64,000 nt of DNA. Origin: Porphyromonas endodontalis. Lineage in GTDB: Bacteria; Bacteroidota; Bacteroidia; Bacteroidales; Porphyromonadaceae. The notes under the pieces are model-generated. The model saw nothing but the letters and a program-made list of their open reading frames with translations, had not been told where the DNA came from and made no database searches. This document shows positions 30,402 through 41,133 of this stretch, one piece after another; the stretch's first letter is position 1, and every line of letters begins with the position of its first letter. The stretch is from the NCBI RefSeq assembly GCF_052173515.1, contig NZ_JBQMYL010000011.1, positions 3,277 to 67,276 of the forward strand, written 5' to 3'. The position numbers were made by a program, and so were the translations under genes.

Positions 30402-31112
30402 TTATTGTATCTCAAAGAGTTGAGTCTCTAGGTGGAGGGCATCAATGCGGAGTAGTTTACCGGCGAGAGAAGTCCCCAACCCGAGGAGGGTCTTTATGGC
30501 CTCTAGAGCCATGGTGGAGCCGATAATGCCCGGCATGGCTCCGAGTACGGGTATAACCTCGGTATCGGCTTCGGTGTCAATCGTGCTGAATATATCGTGG
30601 TAGGCTCCGGCTCCCTGGTAGTGGAAAAGCGAGCATTGCCCTACAAAGTGCGAGACCGCCCCGTAGAGATAGGGGATACCCAGTTGCCGGGCTGTGCGAT
30701 CCATAAGCTCACGGGTATGGTTATTGTCGCATCCATCAATGATAATATGGTACCCTTCTGCAATGGATTGGGCATTCTCTTCGGTAAAATAGTAGGGATA
30801 GATCTCAACCGAACAGTCGCTATTGAGGGCTAAGAGGCGGTTACGGGCGCACTCAGCTTTGGGTAGGTTAAGGTCGGCCTCTGAGTACAAGATCTGCCGC
30901 TGTAGGTTGCTTAGGGTTACTACGTCCCCCTCCACAATACCGATATGCCCCACACCGGCGGCAGCCAAATAGTAGAGAATGGGAGCCCCCAGTCCGCCGG
31001 CTCCTACGACCAACGCGCGCCGAGAGGCAAGCCGAGCCTGCCCCTCGAGACCAATCTCGGGGAGCAAACTCTGCCGTGAATAGCGCACTTTGGGGTCGAG
31101 TACTACATCCAT
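30402..31112 (-). CDS. thiF: ThiF/MoeB/HesA-family adenylyltransferase
   Basis: RYSRQ, GAGGLG, SNLQRQ, DGCDN; last gene of the thi operon. Confidence 0.85.
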   Translation of the reverse strand: MDVVLDPKVRYSRQSLLPEIGLEGQARLASRRALVVGAGGLGAPILYYLAAAGVGHIGIVEGDVVTLSNLQRQILYSEADLNLPKAECARNRLLALNSDCSVEIYPYYFTEENAQSIAEGYHIIIDGCDNNHTRELMDRTARQLGIPYLYGAVSHFVGQCSLFHYQGAGAYHDIFSTIDTEADTEVIPVLGAMPGIIGSTMALEAIKTLLGLGTSLAGKLLRIDALHLETQLFEIQ

Positions 31113-32209
31113 TCGTCCCAGTCTTTCCATACGGGTTCGTATCCTTGAGCGCGGATGGCTGCTGCCATTTCGTCTACACTTCTGCCATCGTTAATCGCGA
31201 ATTGCTCTAGCTCCGTATGCGGAGTGGCATACCCCCCCGGCTCTGTACTAGAGGCGGCACTCATAGTGGTAGCCCCAATGTGCATAGCCATATCGCGGAA
31301 GGCGGAGCTCTCTCTGGTGGATAGAGATATGTCTACTTCGGGGTCGAATAGGCGGTACGCACAAATTAATTGAGCCATTTGGCGGTCGTTGATCGGGTCG
31401 GTAGGCATAAAGGAGCCTACGTGGGGGCGCAATCGGGGGAGCGAGATGGAGTACTTAGTACGCCAGTGGGTTCGCTCCAGATACTGCAGGTGAAGAGCCG
31501 TAAAGAAGGAGTCGGTACGCCAATTTTGCAAGCCCAGTAGGGCTCCAATACCAATCTTATGCACACCGGCTTCTCCGCAGCGATCCGGAGTCTCTAGGCG
31601 GTAGCGGAAGTTGGCTTTGAGTCCCTTGGGATGGAATTGTGGGTAGGCCGCCTCGTTGTACGTCTCTTGATAGACGCAGACATAGCTCATCCCCGCAGCT
31701 ACCAGGCGAGCATACTCCTCTGTGTGGAGGGGCTGTACCTCGAGAGATACCTGTGCAAAATGGGGGCGAACCGCCTTGATAACCTCTTCGTAGTAGTCCA
31801 CCCCGGTGAGTTTTGGTGCCTCTCCCGAGACGAGAAGAAGGTGCCTAAATCCCCAATCCTTTAGCACGGCGATCTCTTTCATAATATCGTCGATGCTCAG
31901 CTTTACTCTATTGATTTGGTTGTGGCAATTGAAGCCGCAATAGATACAATAGTTGGCACAATAGTTGGAGACGTATAGCGGTACGTACATCTGAATGGTA
32001 CGTCCAAAGCGGCGCAGGGTAAGCTCCTCGGCCTTGATGGCCATCTGCCGGAGATATGGCTCGGCAGCCGGGGAAATGAGTGCTTTGAAGTCCTCCAGAT
32101 TGCAACGATCTTTGCCTAATGCCCTCAGCACATCAGCCTCTGTTTTGGCAAAGATGGAGGCCTCTTCTTCGTCCCAATTATGTTTGATTAATTCGTCGTA
32201 GTAGGTCAT
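31103..32209 (-). CDS. thiH: 2-iminoacetate synthase (radical SAM)
   Basis: CANYCIYCGF, YQETY, SLPRLRP, STRE, QFAINDGRS. Confidence 0.96.
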   Translation of the reverse strand: MTYYDELIKHNWDEEEASIFAKTEADVLRALGKDRCNLEDFKALISPAAEPYLRQMAIKAEELTLRRFGRTIQMYVPLYVSNYCANYCIYCGFNCHNQINRVKLSIDDIMKEIAVLKDWGFRHLLLVSGEAPKLTGVDYYEEVIKAVRPHFAQVSLEVQPLHTEEYARLVAAGMSYVCVYQETYNEAAYPQFHPKGLKANFRYRLETPDRCGEAGVHKIGIGALLGLQNWRTDSFFTALHLQYLERTHWRTKYSISLPRLRPHVGSFMPTDPINDRQMAQLICAYRLFDPEVDISLSTRESSAFRDMAMHIGATTMSAASSTEPGGYATPHTELEQFAINDGRSVDEMAAAIRAQGYEPVWKDWDEWM

Positions 32210-32235
32210 TTTCTTCCTTTCAAAGATAGGGACTC

Positions 32236-33006
32236 TTATAGATTGAAGTAGCTATCGACGGGCGAAGTGGCCGAAGCACTGTGAGCCACTGCCGGCAACC
32301 CTGCTTCGTAAGCTCGCCTACCTGCCACTACGGCTTCGCGGAAGGCTTGTGCCATGGCAACGGGGTCTCCTGCTGCCGCAATAGCGGTATTGACAAGTAC
32401 CGCATCGGCTCCCATCTCCATGGCTTCTGCTGCGTGCGAAGGAGCTCCGATACCGGCATCCACTACCACCGGCACTCTGCTTTGCTCTATGATAATGCGT
32501 AGGAAGTCTCTCGTAAGAAGCCCTTTATTTGTACCGATAGGAGCCCCGAGAGGCATCACGGCGGCAGCCCCTGCGTCCTCCAGACGTTTGCACAAAATGG
32601 GGTCGGCTTGTATATAGGGCATTACAAAGAATCCCTCTTTGGCGAGTACCTCGGTGGCTTTGAGCGTCTCAAAAGGATCGGGGAGAAGATATTTTGGGTC
32701 GGGGTGGATCTCGACTTTTATGATGCGTGCGCCGAGAGCTTCGTAGGCTAGGCGTGCTGCAAATATAGCCTCATCGGCATTGTGCGTACCCGAGGTGTTG
32801 GGCATTAGATGCACTCCGGGGCGGCGAATTGCCTCTATCAGATCGTCGTGGTCGCTGTTGGTTTCCACACGCTTGAGGGCTACTGTTACAAGTTCGCTCC
32901 CCGAGGCTTCGATGGCGCGTTGCATGAGTTCGTTGGAGGCAAACTTGCCCGTTCCGAGAAATAAGCGAGACTGAAAGGTTTGCCCTGCAATGGTTAATTG
33001 TTCCAT
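32236..33006 (-). CDS. thiG: Thiazole synthase
   Basis: [38 protein letters not shown] 33006. Confidence 0.97.
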   Translation of the reverse strand: MEQLTIAGQTFQSRLFLGTGKFASNELMQRAIEASGSELVTVALKRVETNSDHDDLIEAIRRPGVHLMPNTSGTHNADEAIFAARLAYEALGARIIKVEIHPDPKYLLPDPFETLKATEVLAKEGFFVMPYIQADPILCKRLEDAGAAAVMPLGAPIGTNKGLLTRDFLRIIIEQSRVPVVVDAGIGAPSHAAEAMEMGADAVLVNTAIAAAGDPVAMAQAFREAVVAGRRAYEAGLPAVAHSASATSPVDSYFNL

Positions 33007-33022
33007 AGGTAAAGTACGAGAT

Positions 33023-34999
33023 TTAGAAATATTGATCGCTGAGTTGTACAAGTCGGGCACTCTCGGCTTGAGGATCTGTAGCGTGGTTGATAATGCCGGA
33101 GAGGGCAATGCCTTGTACCCCTACACCTGCTAAGGTGGAGAAGTCGCCAGCAGTAATCCCTCCAATGGCAATGAGGGGGATAGGTTGAGGTAGGGTGTGA
33201 TTAAAACGGACGAGGGCGGCCATGCCCTTTTCGCCAAGCAGCGGACTGAGGAGCTTCTTCGTTTGAGTGGTACGGAAGGGGCCTATCCCCACATAGTCCA
33301 CCCCTTGCAGAGAGCGTAGGGCTAGGTCTTCGATCCGATTGCAGGTGGCTCCTACTATCTTGTCCGTTCCCAAGATGCGGCGGACGTCGGCAGGGGGGAG
33401 GTCGTCGAGCCCCACGTGTACGCCATCGGCATCCGAGCGAAGAGCCGCCTCCACATCATCGTCTATAATCAAGATCGCCGAGGGATAAGGCTGCATCTCT
33501 TGGCGGATGGCTTGTGCGGCTATAACTCGTTCTTCGGTCGATGCCGTCTTCATACGAAGTTGTATCCAGCGTACGCCCCCTTGCAACGCGGCTCTGCATT
33601 GGTTGAGTATCTCCTCCAAATCGGGGCTATCGGTAATGAATTGCAACTTTCCTCTTCGCAGCTTCTCGGCCTTGAGTCTCTCTCCGGAGGGAGGGAGAAT
33701 TGCGAGACGCGTCTTGCCGGAGCGGCGCAAAGCATCTACGTACCATTGCCCTTTGCGGCAAGCTTCGGAGAGTGTTTCCCCTTGAGCCAGTGCCGTGGCG
33801 ATAGCCGCAGATAGGGCGCAACCGGTGCCGTGCTTATCGTGGGGAGTGCGTGGTACTCGGCTCGATTGGGCTTCGCGGTGGGGTTGATAGAGTACATCGC
33901 AAGAGCTATCTCTGTTGGCGGAATGCCCTCCCTTGAGTAGGATAGCTACATGGAACGTATCTGCCACTTGCTGCAACTTGTGCTCCCAATCGGCACCAAA
34001 GAGCCGTTCTGCCTCGGGTAGGTTGGGGGTAATTAAGGAGCAGCAAGAGAAGATTTTGTGGAGAAGATTGGGCGTCCAATCGGCGTGTAGGGGATCTCTC
34101 CCATAGCTGGGTTGCAAGATGGGGTCCCATACAATCTGCCGAACTCCTGCCTCTTGTAGCAGGGCGCCTATAGTGTACACATTTTGGAGCGAAGCCACAA
34201 GACCAATCTTGGCCGCATGGGGTTTGTGACGCTTGAGTAATTGCCGGAGTGCAGGGATAAAGTCCACACTTTGGCACGATACGAACTCAAATTCATCTTG
34301 AGTGGTAAGGCAGGTCGTAACCGATAGAGGGTAAGCCCCAAGGCGTTCTATGGTGCGAACATCGGCCGTAAGCCCTGCCCCCGAAGAGGGGTCGTGCCCG
34401 GCCAGAGTTAGTACCTCGGGGCGAGCGAATCGCAAAAAAGACTCTTCCATGGCATCCACTTGCTCGGCGAGGTAGCCCAGCGTAGCCCCTCCTGCAAATC
34501 CATAGGAGCGCACGAGGGGGTAGTTGTCCGGAGTGATTCCGCCCAAGGCAAGCACGGGGAAGGGGAGCTTAGGAAGTCTAGATCGGCATTCGTCCAAATC
34601 AATATTCGCGTGGTATCCGCCCTTGGAGATGCTATCGAAGACGGGGCTGAGCAAAGCCAAGTCGGGGCAGAAGGGGAGAGACTCTAGTTCGTCCAAACTA
34701 TGCGCCGACGCTGTAATGCGTTGGATTTGAGCTACCTCTTGCCAATGCTTCCACTCTTTTTGTCGGGAGCCCCTGAGATGAATCCCCCCAAGACCTGCCA
34801 CGGGTACCAAGTGAAAGTAGTCCGCCAAGATGACCTTACTGCGGTGGCGAGGCTCAATAGCTCGGATACAATCTTCGTACTGCTCCTGGGACGCATCGGG
34901 CAAGCGCAAGAGCAGCATAGACAAGCCTGCCCCTAGTAGTGCATTATAGTATTGCACTACCTTGGGAGTGGCATTGGGTGGGGTTATAGCCAGTAGCAT
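33023..34999 (-). CDS. Three-domain fusion: ThiE/TenI-like, HMP(-P) kinase ThiD, thiamine-phosphate synthase ThiE
   Basis: N-domain [22 protein letters not shown]; middle [26 protein letters not shown]-domain IQLRMK, GVHVG..D, GPFR.T.TK, AIGGI. Confidence 0.9.
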   Translation of the reverse strand: MLLAITPPNATPKVVQYYNALLGAGLSMLLLRLPDASQEQYEDCIRAIEPRHRSKVILADYFHLVPVAGLGGIHLRGSRQKEWKHWQEVAQIQRITASAHSLDELESLPFCPDLALLSPVFDSISKGGYHANIDLDECRSRLPKLPFPVLALGGITPDNYPLVRSYGFAGGATLGYLAEQVDAMEESFLRFARPEVLTLAGHDPSSGAGLTADVRTIERLGAYPLSVTTCLTTQDEFEFVSCQSVDFIPALRQLLKRHKPHAAKIGLVASLQNVYTIGALLQEAGVRQIVWDPILQPSYGRDPLHADWTPNLLHKIFSCCSLITPNLPEAERLFGADWEHKLQQVADTFHVAILLKGGHSANRDSSCDVLYQPHREAQSSRVPRTPHDKHGTGCALSAAIATALAQGETLSEACRKGQWYVDALRRSGKTRLAILPPSGERLKAEKLRRGKLQFITDSPDLEEILNQCRAALQGGVRWIQLRMKTASTEERVIAAQAIRQEMQPYPSAILIIDDDVEAALRSDADGVHVGLDDLPPADVRRILGTDKIVGATCNRIEDLALRSLQGVDYVGIGPFRTTQTKKLLSPLLGEKGMAALVRFNHTLPQPIPLIAIGGITAGDFSTLAGVGVQGIALSGIINHATDPQAESARLVQLSDQYF

Positions 35000-35012
35000 G
35001 GGCTGTGAAGGG

Positions 35013-36827
<1,815 letters not shown>

Positions 36828-36901
36828 TTATATGATTATGGGGGATAAATAGGAATGGAACTGAGGGTAGAGTCGCAGTCTTCGGCTCCTCTTCCGGCTT
36901 A

Positions 36902-37102
36902 TCATCCCCCCTTTACGGCACCTATAATAAGGACCTTATTACCCTCGTATAGGGGTGTATCCGGCCAAGCTACTCGTTTGATTATTGTCTGATCTATGGC
37001 CACGGCAACATGCCCCTCGGCATGCCCAAGTTGGGTCATAAGGTCGAAGAGGGTAGAGCCCTCTGGGGTATTGTGTGGATGTCCGTTGAGTATGATTTGC
37101 AT
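36902..37102 (-). CDS. thiS: Sulfur carrier protein ThiS
   Basis: 66 aa, MQIILNG..., C-terminal GG; first gene of the thi operon. Confidence 0.95.
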   Translation of the reverse strand: MQIILNGHPHNTPEGSTLFDLMTQLGHAEGHVAVAIDQTIIKRVAWPDTPLYEGNKVLIIGAVKGG

Positions 37103-37220
37103 AACTCTCTCCTTTCTTTATTACTTCTTTGCGTCATAGAAAACCCTAGAATGGGGGAGGAGGGATATGCCGAGCGAGGGGCTTGATGTGTGTGTAGCAC
37201 CCTCAGTGTGATGAAAGCTT

Positions 37221-37330
37221 CTTTGCCTACGCCGGCATTATCCGGATCAGGTTCAGGGTATCATCTCAGCCTTGCTCTCGTTTCTCTATCCCTATAAAGG
37301 GAGAGAGTAACTATCCAAAGCACCCCCAGA
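37221..37330 (-). ncRNA. TPP (THI-box) riboswitch
   Basis: Minus strand GGGGTGC...GCTGAGA..ATACCC.GAACCTGATCCGGATAATGCCGGCGTAGG upstream of thiS; promoter TATCTTTG at 37387-37394. Confidence 0.95.
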
Positions 37331-37570
37331 AGAGTTGTCTATATATAAAGGATACATTGCGCTCTCTGTATCCACATACACGCCCACAAAGATACGTATA
37401 AATATGGTATGGCAAGCGCGGTTTGTCGTCATTTTTAGCTCGGACGTCAGATGTTTTTGCGTTTATCTAGGCCTAAGTATAGATTATGCGTTTCCCCTCA
37501 TGGGGCTGTGTGTACGACCTCTTTTATCTCCGTCTTACTTGCTCTCCCCAGTAGAAATACAGAGAAAATA

Positions 37571-37619
37571 AAAAGAGAGAAGCCCTCTTTGCTAGTAGAG
37601 ATAGGCTTCTCTCCTCTTT
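37571..37619 (-). terminator. Terminator after the lipoprotein pair
   Basis: GAGAGAAGCC...GGCTTCTCTC stem followed by a T run on the minus strand. Confidence 0.65.
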
Positions 37620-37636
37620 AGAAAGTGTAGGCAAAA

Positions 37637-38347
37637 TTACTTGCTGTGAAGAGGAAATTTTATATCCACTTGCCTAGATATAGTATTGCCATTGGATAGC
37701 GTCATGGAGACAGTGAAAGTTATCGTCTTGTCCATCCATGCTGTAGGGGGTTCTTTTATGTACAATATCCACCAAGGATGAGACGCTAAAAGCCGATTCA
37801 GATCCATTGGATCTTTCATTTTTAGCATGGCTAAGAATTTAAAACTATCGTCATATCCACGTTTGATATAGCTCAGATTATCTAAGAATGATAGAGCTGC
37901 AACATCATTAAGGGAAGCCCCTTTCTCATGATCTTTGTCGTAGGCTGTATTACACGTTACCTTTATCTCTTTTGGGACACTTATGATACCTACGTGCCTA
38001 CTTATGATACGCCCGCCTTTTTGTGTGTGCTTAAAGTAGCATGTATCGCCTATAGAGGATAGAAAGTGTACAATTTTAGAGTTTTGCCTATCATAACTGT
38101 TGTATTCTACTCTACTGCCTTGCATTTCTATCTTGCAGATTTCTACAAACTTTTCCTCATGTAGCAAAGGGTGTATTGCTCTTCCTTTTGTATCAGAGTC
38201 TATAGCCTCTAGACGAAAATCATTGGGTTCTACAAACGCTGTGAGAAAGTGGGGGTAGTACTTGGGTTTCTCGAAACAGCCCGAAATCCCTATGAGAAAG
38301 AGGAGCAATACACTCCCCAATGCCAATGCGCTCTTGTATTTTTTCAT
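37637..38347 (-). CDS. Hypothetical lipoprotein, paralog of 38361-39083
   Basis: Lipobox ISGC; shares YPHFL.AFV.P, SIGDT, LND, KDP.DL.RLLAS blocks with its neighbour. Confidence 0.8.
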   Translation of the reverse strand: MKKYKSALALGSVLLLFLIGISGCFEKPKYYPHFLTAFVEPNDFRLEAIDSDTKGRAIHPLLHEEKFVEICKIEMQGSRVEYNSYDRQNSKIVHFLSSIGDTCYFKHTQKGGRIISRHVGIISVPKEIKVTCNTAYDKDHEKGASLNDVAALSFLDNLSYIKRGYDDSFKFLAMLKMKDPMDLNRLLASHPWWILYIKEPPTAWMDKTITFTVSMTLSNGNTISRQVDIKFPLHSK

Positions 38348-38360
38348 AACCAAAGTTTTT

Positions 38361-39083
38361 TTATTGCATAGGGGGTTGAGGCTGAATAGGGAACTTCACA
38401 TCAATGCTGTTGGTAACAGATTTGTCTCCCTTATCCGTGGGGAGTACCATGGTGACTGTAAAGCGGACAGTCTCGCCATTCCAGGCCTCGGGTACTTTGT
38501 CTATTATGAGCCACCACTTAGGGTCTGAGGCTAATAGGCGTTTGAGGTCTACCGGGTCTTTAAGACGGATATGTCCCCCATTCTCTCCGGATTTATAGCC
38601 ATTCTGTATATACTGTAGATAATCAAAGAAACGGAGGTATAGTACATCATTTAAGGGAGTACCGGCCTTTAGAGTCTCGCTGTAGTTGTGATCGCAAGTA
38701 ACCACCATATTCTTTGGTGTAGCCATTAGACCTGTAGCTCTTCTCGTTATCTGCTCATAAGGCCTTCTATCCGGGTAATGAGTGTCGCCTATAGAGACGA
38801 GAAAATTCATAATGGAAGAGTCTCTTCCATCATAGCTAAAGTGCTTAGGATATCGATTCTCTACATCAAATAGTTCTATGGTGCAGATATAAGTATTCTC
38901 GGTAGAGTCCCTTGGTATGTATTTCTCTAGTGTAAAAGCACTGGGCTTTACAAAGGCAGAGAGAAAGTGAGGATAGTGTAGTGTTGGGCCAAAAAGCCAT
39001 TCGCTTACACAGCTACTCAAGCTCATACTGATCCCCATAAAAAGAGTGGCGATAAGTACTCCTCTAGATGTAATCTTCTTCAT
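38361..39083 (-). CDS. Hypothetical lipoprotein, paralog of 37637-38347
   Basis: Lipobox LSSC; same shared blocks; TATCTTTG at 39199-39206. Confidence 0.8.
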   Translation of the reverse strand: MKKITSRGVLIATLFMGISMSLSSCVSEWLFGPTLHYPHFLSAFVKPSAFTLEKYIPRDSTENTYICTIELFDVENRYPKHFSYDGRDSSIMNFLVSIGDTHYPDRRPYEQITRRATGLMATPKNMVVTCDHNYSETLKAGTPLNDVLYLRFFDYLQYIQNGYKSGENGGHIRLKDPVDLKRLLASDPKWWLIIDKVPEAWNGETVRFTVTMVLPTDKGDKSVTNSIDVKFPIQPQPPMQ

Positions 39084-39389
39084 AAGTAATTCTTCTTAGT
39101 TCTACAATCCAATACTCGGACAAGTCTCTAGCGGAAGACGGAGATAGTTCGGTGTTGTGAGTGTGTTTCTTTTCAATTTTTATAACTATAACTAGGCACA
39201 AAGATATAATTCTTTTAGGATACAAACAAGTCCCTTTCGTACCCCCCCTTTGAGTAGAGCTGATTGCTGTAGAGAAAAAGGGGCTTAGGCAGTATCCATA
39301 GCCGAGAAGGCTCCTTTAATTAGTGCCTTCTTGAGAGTATATAGCTAAAATATTATGGATATTTGCACCACCTATATAGGAATAAATAG

Positions 39390-39397
39390 TATCTTTG
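39390..39397 (+). promoter_or_regulatory. -7 element TATCTTTG for the pnt operon
   Basis: Exact TAnnTTTG, with an upstream TTTG at 39362-39365. Confidence 0.6.
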
Positions 39398-39529
39398 CTC
39401 CTGCGCAGTATTGGGTACTTTACTTATTGACATTTCCTCGTTTTAGTGGGGATGTCGGTTGGGGGTAGGGCTCGATGGAAGCTGCGTTAGGAAAACGATC
39501 ACTAACTTCATTCTAAAAAACAAATAATC

Positions 39530-40690
39530 ATGATCATTGGTGTTCCCAGAGAGATTATGCACGATGAGGCTCGCGTAGCTGCCAGCCCCGAAGCCGTTGC
39601 CAAGTATGTAGCAGATGGTTTTACCGTGCTTTTTGAAAAAGCTGCCGGCGAAGGTGCTTTCTATCACGACGAAGAGTACAAAAAGGCAGGAGCCGAGCTT
39701 ATTGATGGTCCTAAGGAGATTTACGACCGTAGCGACATCATTATTAAGGTAAAAGAGCCTCTTTTCAATGAGCAAATGGGGGTTCATGAGATTGATATGA
39801 TGCACAAGGGGCAGTATATCATCACCTTTATTCACCCGGCCTCTCCGGTAAACCATGACATGGTACGCAAGATGGCTGCTCAGGGCGTTATTGGCTTAAC
39901 TCTTGATGGCGTGCCTCGTATCTCTCGTGCACAAAATCTCGATGCTCTTACCTCAATGAGTACCTGTGCCGGTTATAAGGGTATCCTTATGGCAGCCAAC
40001 GACCTCGCCAGCTTCATGCCTCAGATGTTCACCGCAGTGGGTAAGATCGACCCCATGAAAGTGATGGTAATTGGGGTAGGGGTAGCCGGTCTTCAGGCTC
40101 TTGCTACGGCTAAGCGTTTGGGAGCTGTTCTTTATGCTGCCGATATCCGTCCTGCTGCTGCAGAGCAAGCTACCAGCCTTGGTGCTAAGCTTGTGGATAC
40201 GGGTGTTGCCCCAGAGCTTGCTATTGCCGAGGGAGGGTACGCTAAGCACCTCCCCGAGGATGTCCTAGTTAAGGAGCGTGAGCTCTTGAAGTCTACCATC
40301 CAAGATATGGATATCGTTTTCTGTAGTGCTCTCGTTCCCGGTAAGATTGCTCCGGTAATCATTACAGAGGAGATGGTGAAGGGGATGAAGCCCGGCTCCG
40401 TTATCGTAGACATCTCTATCGACCAGGGTGGTAACTGCGAAATTACTCCTGCCGGTCGTCGCGAAGTAAAGCATGGTGTAGTACTTGAGGGTATTAAGAA
40501 CATCCCCGGTATGCTCCCCAAGAGCTCTACATGGATGTTCTCTCAGAACATGTACAACCTAGTGAAGTACCTCGTGAAGGATGGCAAGATGAACCTCGAT
40601 ATGAGCGACGAAATCTGCCAAAAGATCCTTGTTACTCGCGATGGTGAAATTGTACATGAGGGTACACGCGAAGCAATGGGGATGAAGTAA
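39530..40690 (+). CDS. pntA: Transhydrogenase subunit alpha part 1 (soluble dI, NAD(H)-binding)
   Basis: GVPRE...EARVA, PRISRAQNLDAL, GVGVAGLQA, DIRP, GGYAK mobile loop, DQGGNCE. Confidence 0.95.
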   Translation: MIIGVPREIMHDEARVAASPEAVAKYVADGFTVLFEKAAGEGAFYHDEEYKKAGAELIDGPKEIYDRSDIIIKVKEPLFNEQMGVHEIDMMHKGQYIITFIHPASPVNHDMVRKMAAQGVIGLTLDGVPRISRAQNLDALTSMSTCAGYKGILMAANDLASFMPQMFTAVGKIDPMKVMVIGVGVAGLQALATAKRLGAVLYAADIRPAAAEQATSLGAKLVDTGVAPELAIAEGGYAKHLPEDVLVKERELLKSTIQDMDIVFCSALVPGKIAPVIITEEMVKGMKPGSVIVDISIDQGGNCEITPAGRREVKHGVVLEGIKNIPGMLPKSSTWMFSQNMYNLVKYLVKDGKMNLDMSDEICQKILVTRDGEIVHEGTREAMGMK

Positions 40691-40833
40691 TTGAGATCTC
40701 CCCGAAAGAAATAATTGGGCATTGCCCCTACAGAGGGGAAGGTTTATTACAAGGATAAGCCTTCCCCTTATTTGCATTCGCTACTCCGATTGGTAACTAT
40801 TCTCTATCTACACATTAGACTCAATCACATATT

Positions 40834-41130
40834 ATGAATCCTCTTATTTTGGTACTGATCTTCGTGGCGGCCACGATTATCGGGTACTTTCTTATCAAAA
40901 ATGTCCCGAGCCTTTTGCATACGCCCCTCATGTCGGGGATGAATGCCCTCTCGGGAGTTACGATTATTGGGGCACTGGCTGCTGCAGGTCTTGCTCTGCT
41001 CGTGCATGATCCGCTATGGGGGCAGGTGCTAGGGGCTTTGGCCATTATCCTTGCAACGATTAACGTAGTAGGTGGTTTTGGTGTGACCCACCGCATGCTA
41101 CGTATGTTCCAACAGAAAAAGAAGAAATAA
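40834..41130 (+). CDS. pntA: Transhydrogenase subunit alpha part 2 (membrane)
   Basis: VPSLLHTPLMSGMNALSG, INVVGGFGVTHRML. Confidence 0.95.
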   Translation: MNPLILVLIFVAATIIGYFLIKNVPSLLHTPLMSGMNALSGVTIIGALAAAGLALLVHDPLWGQVLGALAIILATINVVGGFGVTHRMLRMFQQKKKK

Positions 41131-41133
41131 ACT

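Noticed and set aside
30402..31112. ThiF lacking zinc-binding CxxC motifs
   Set aside because: The adenylation core is intact and Zn-less variants are not unusual enough to flag
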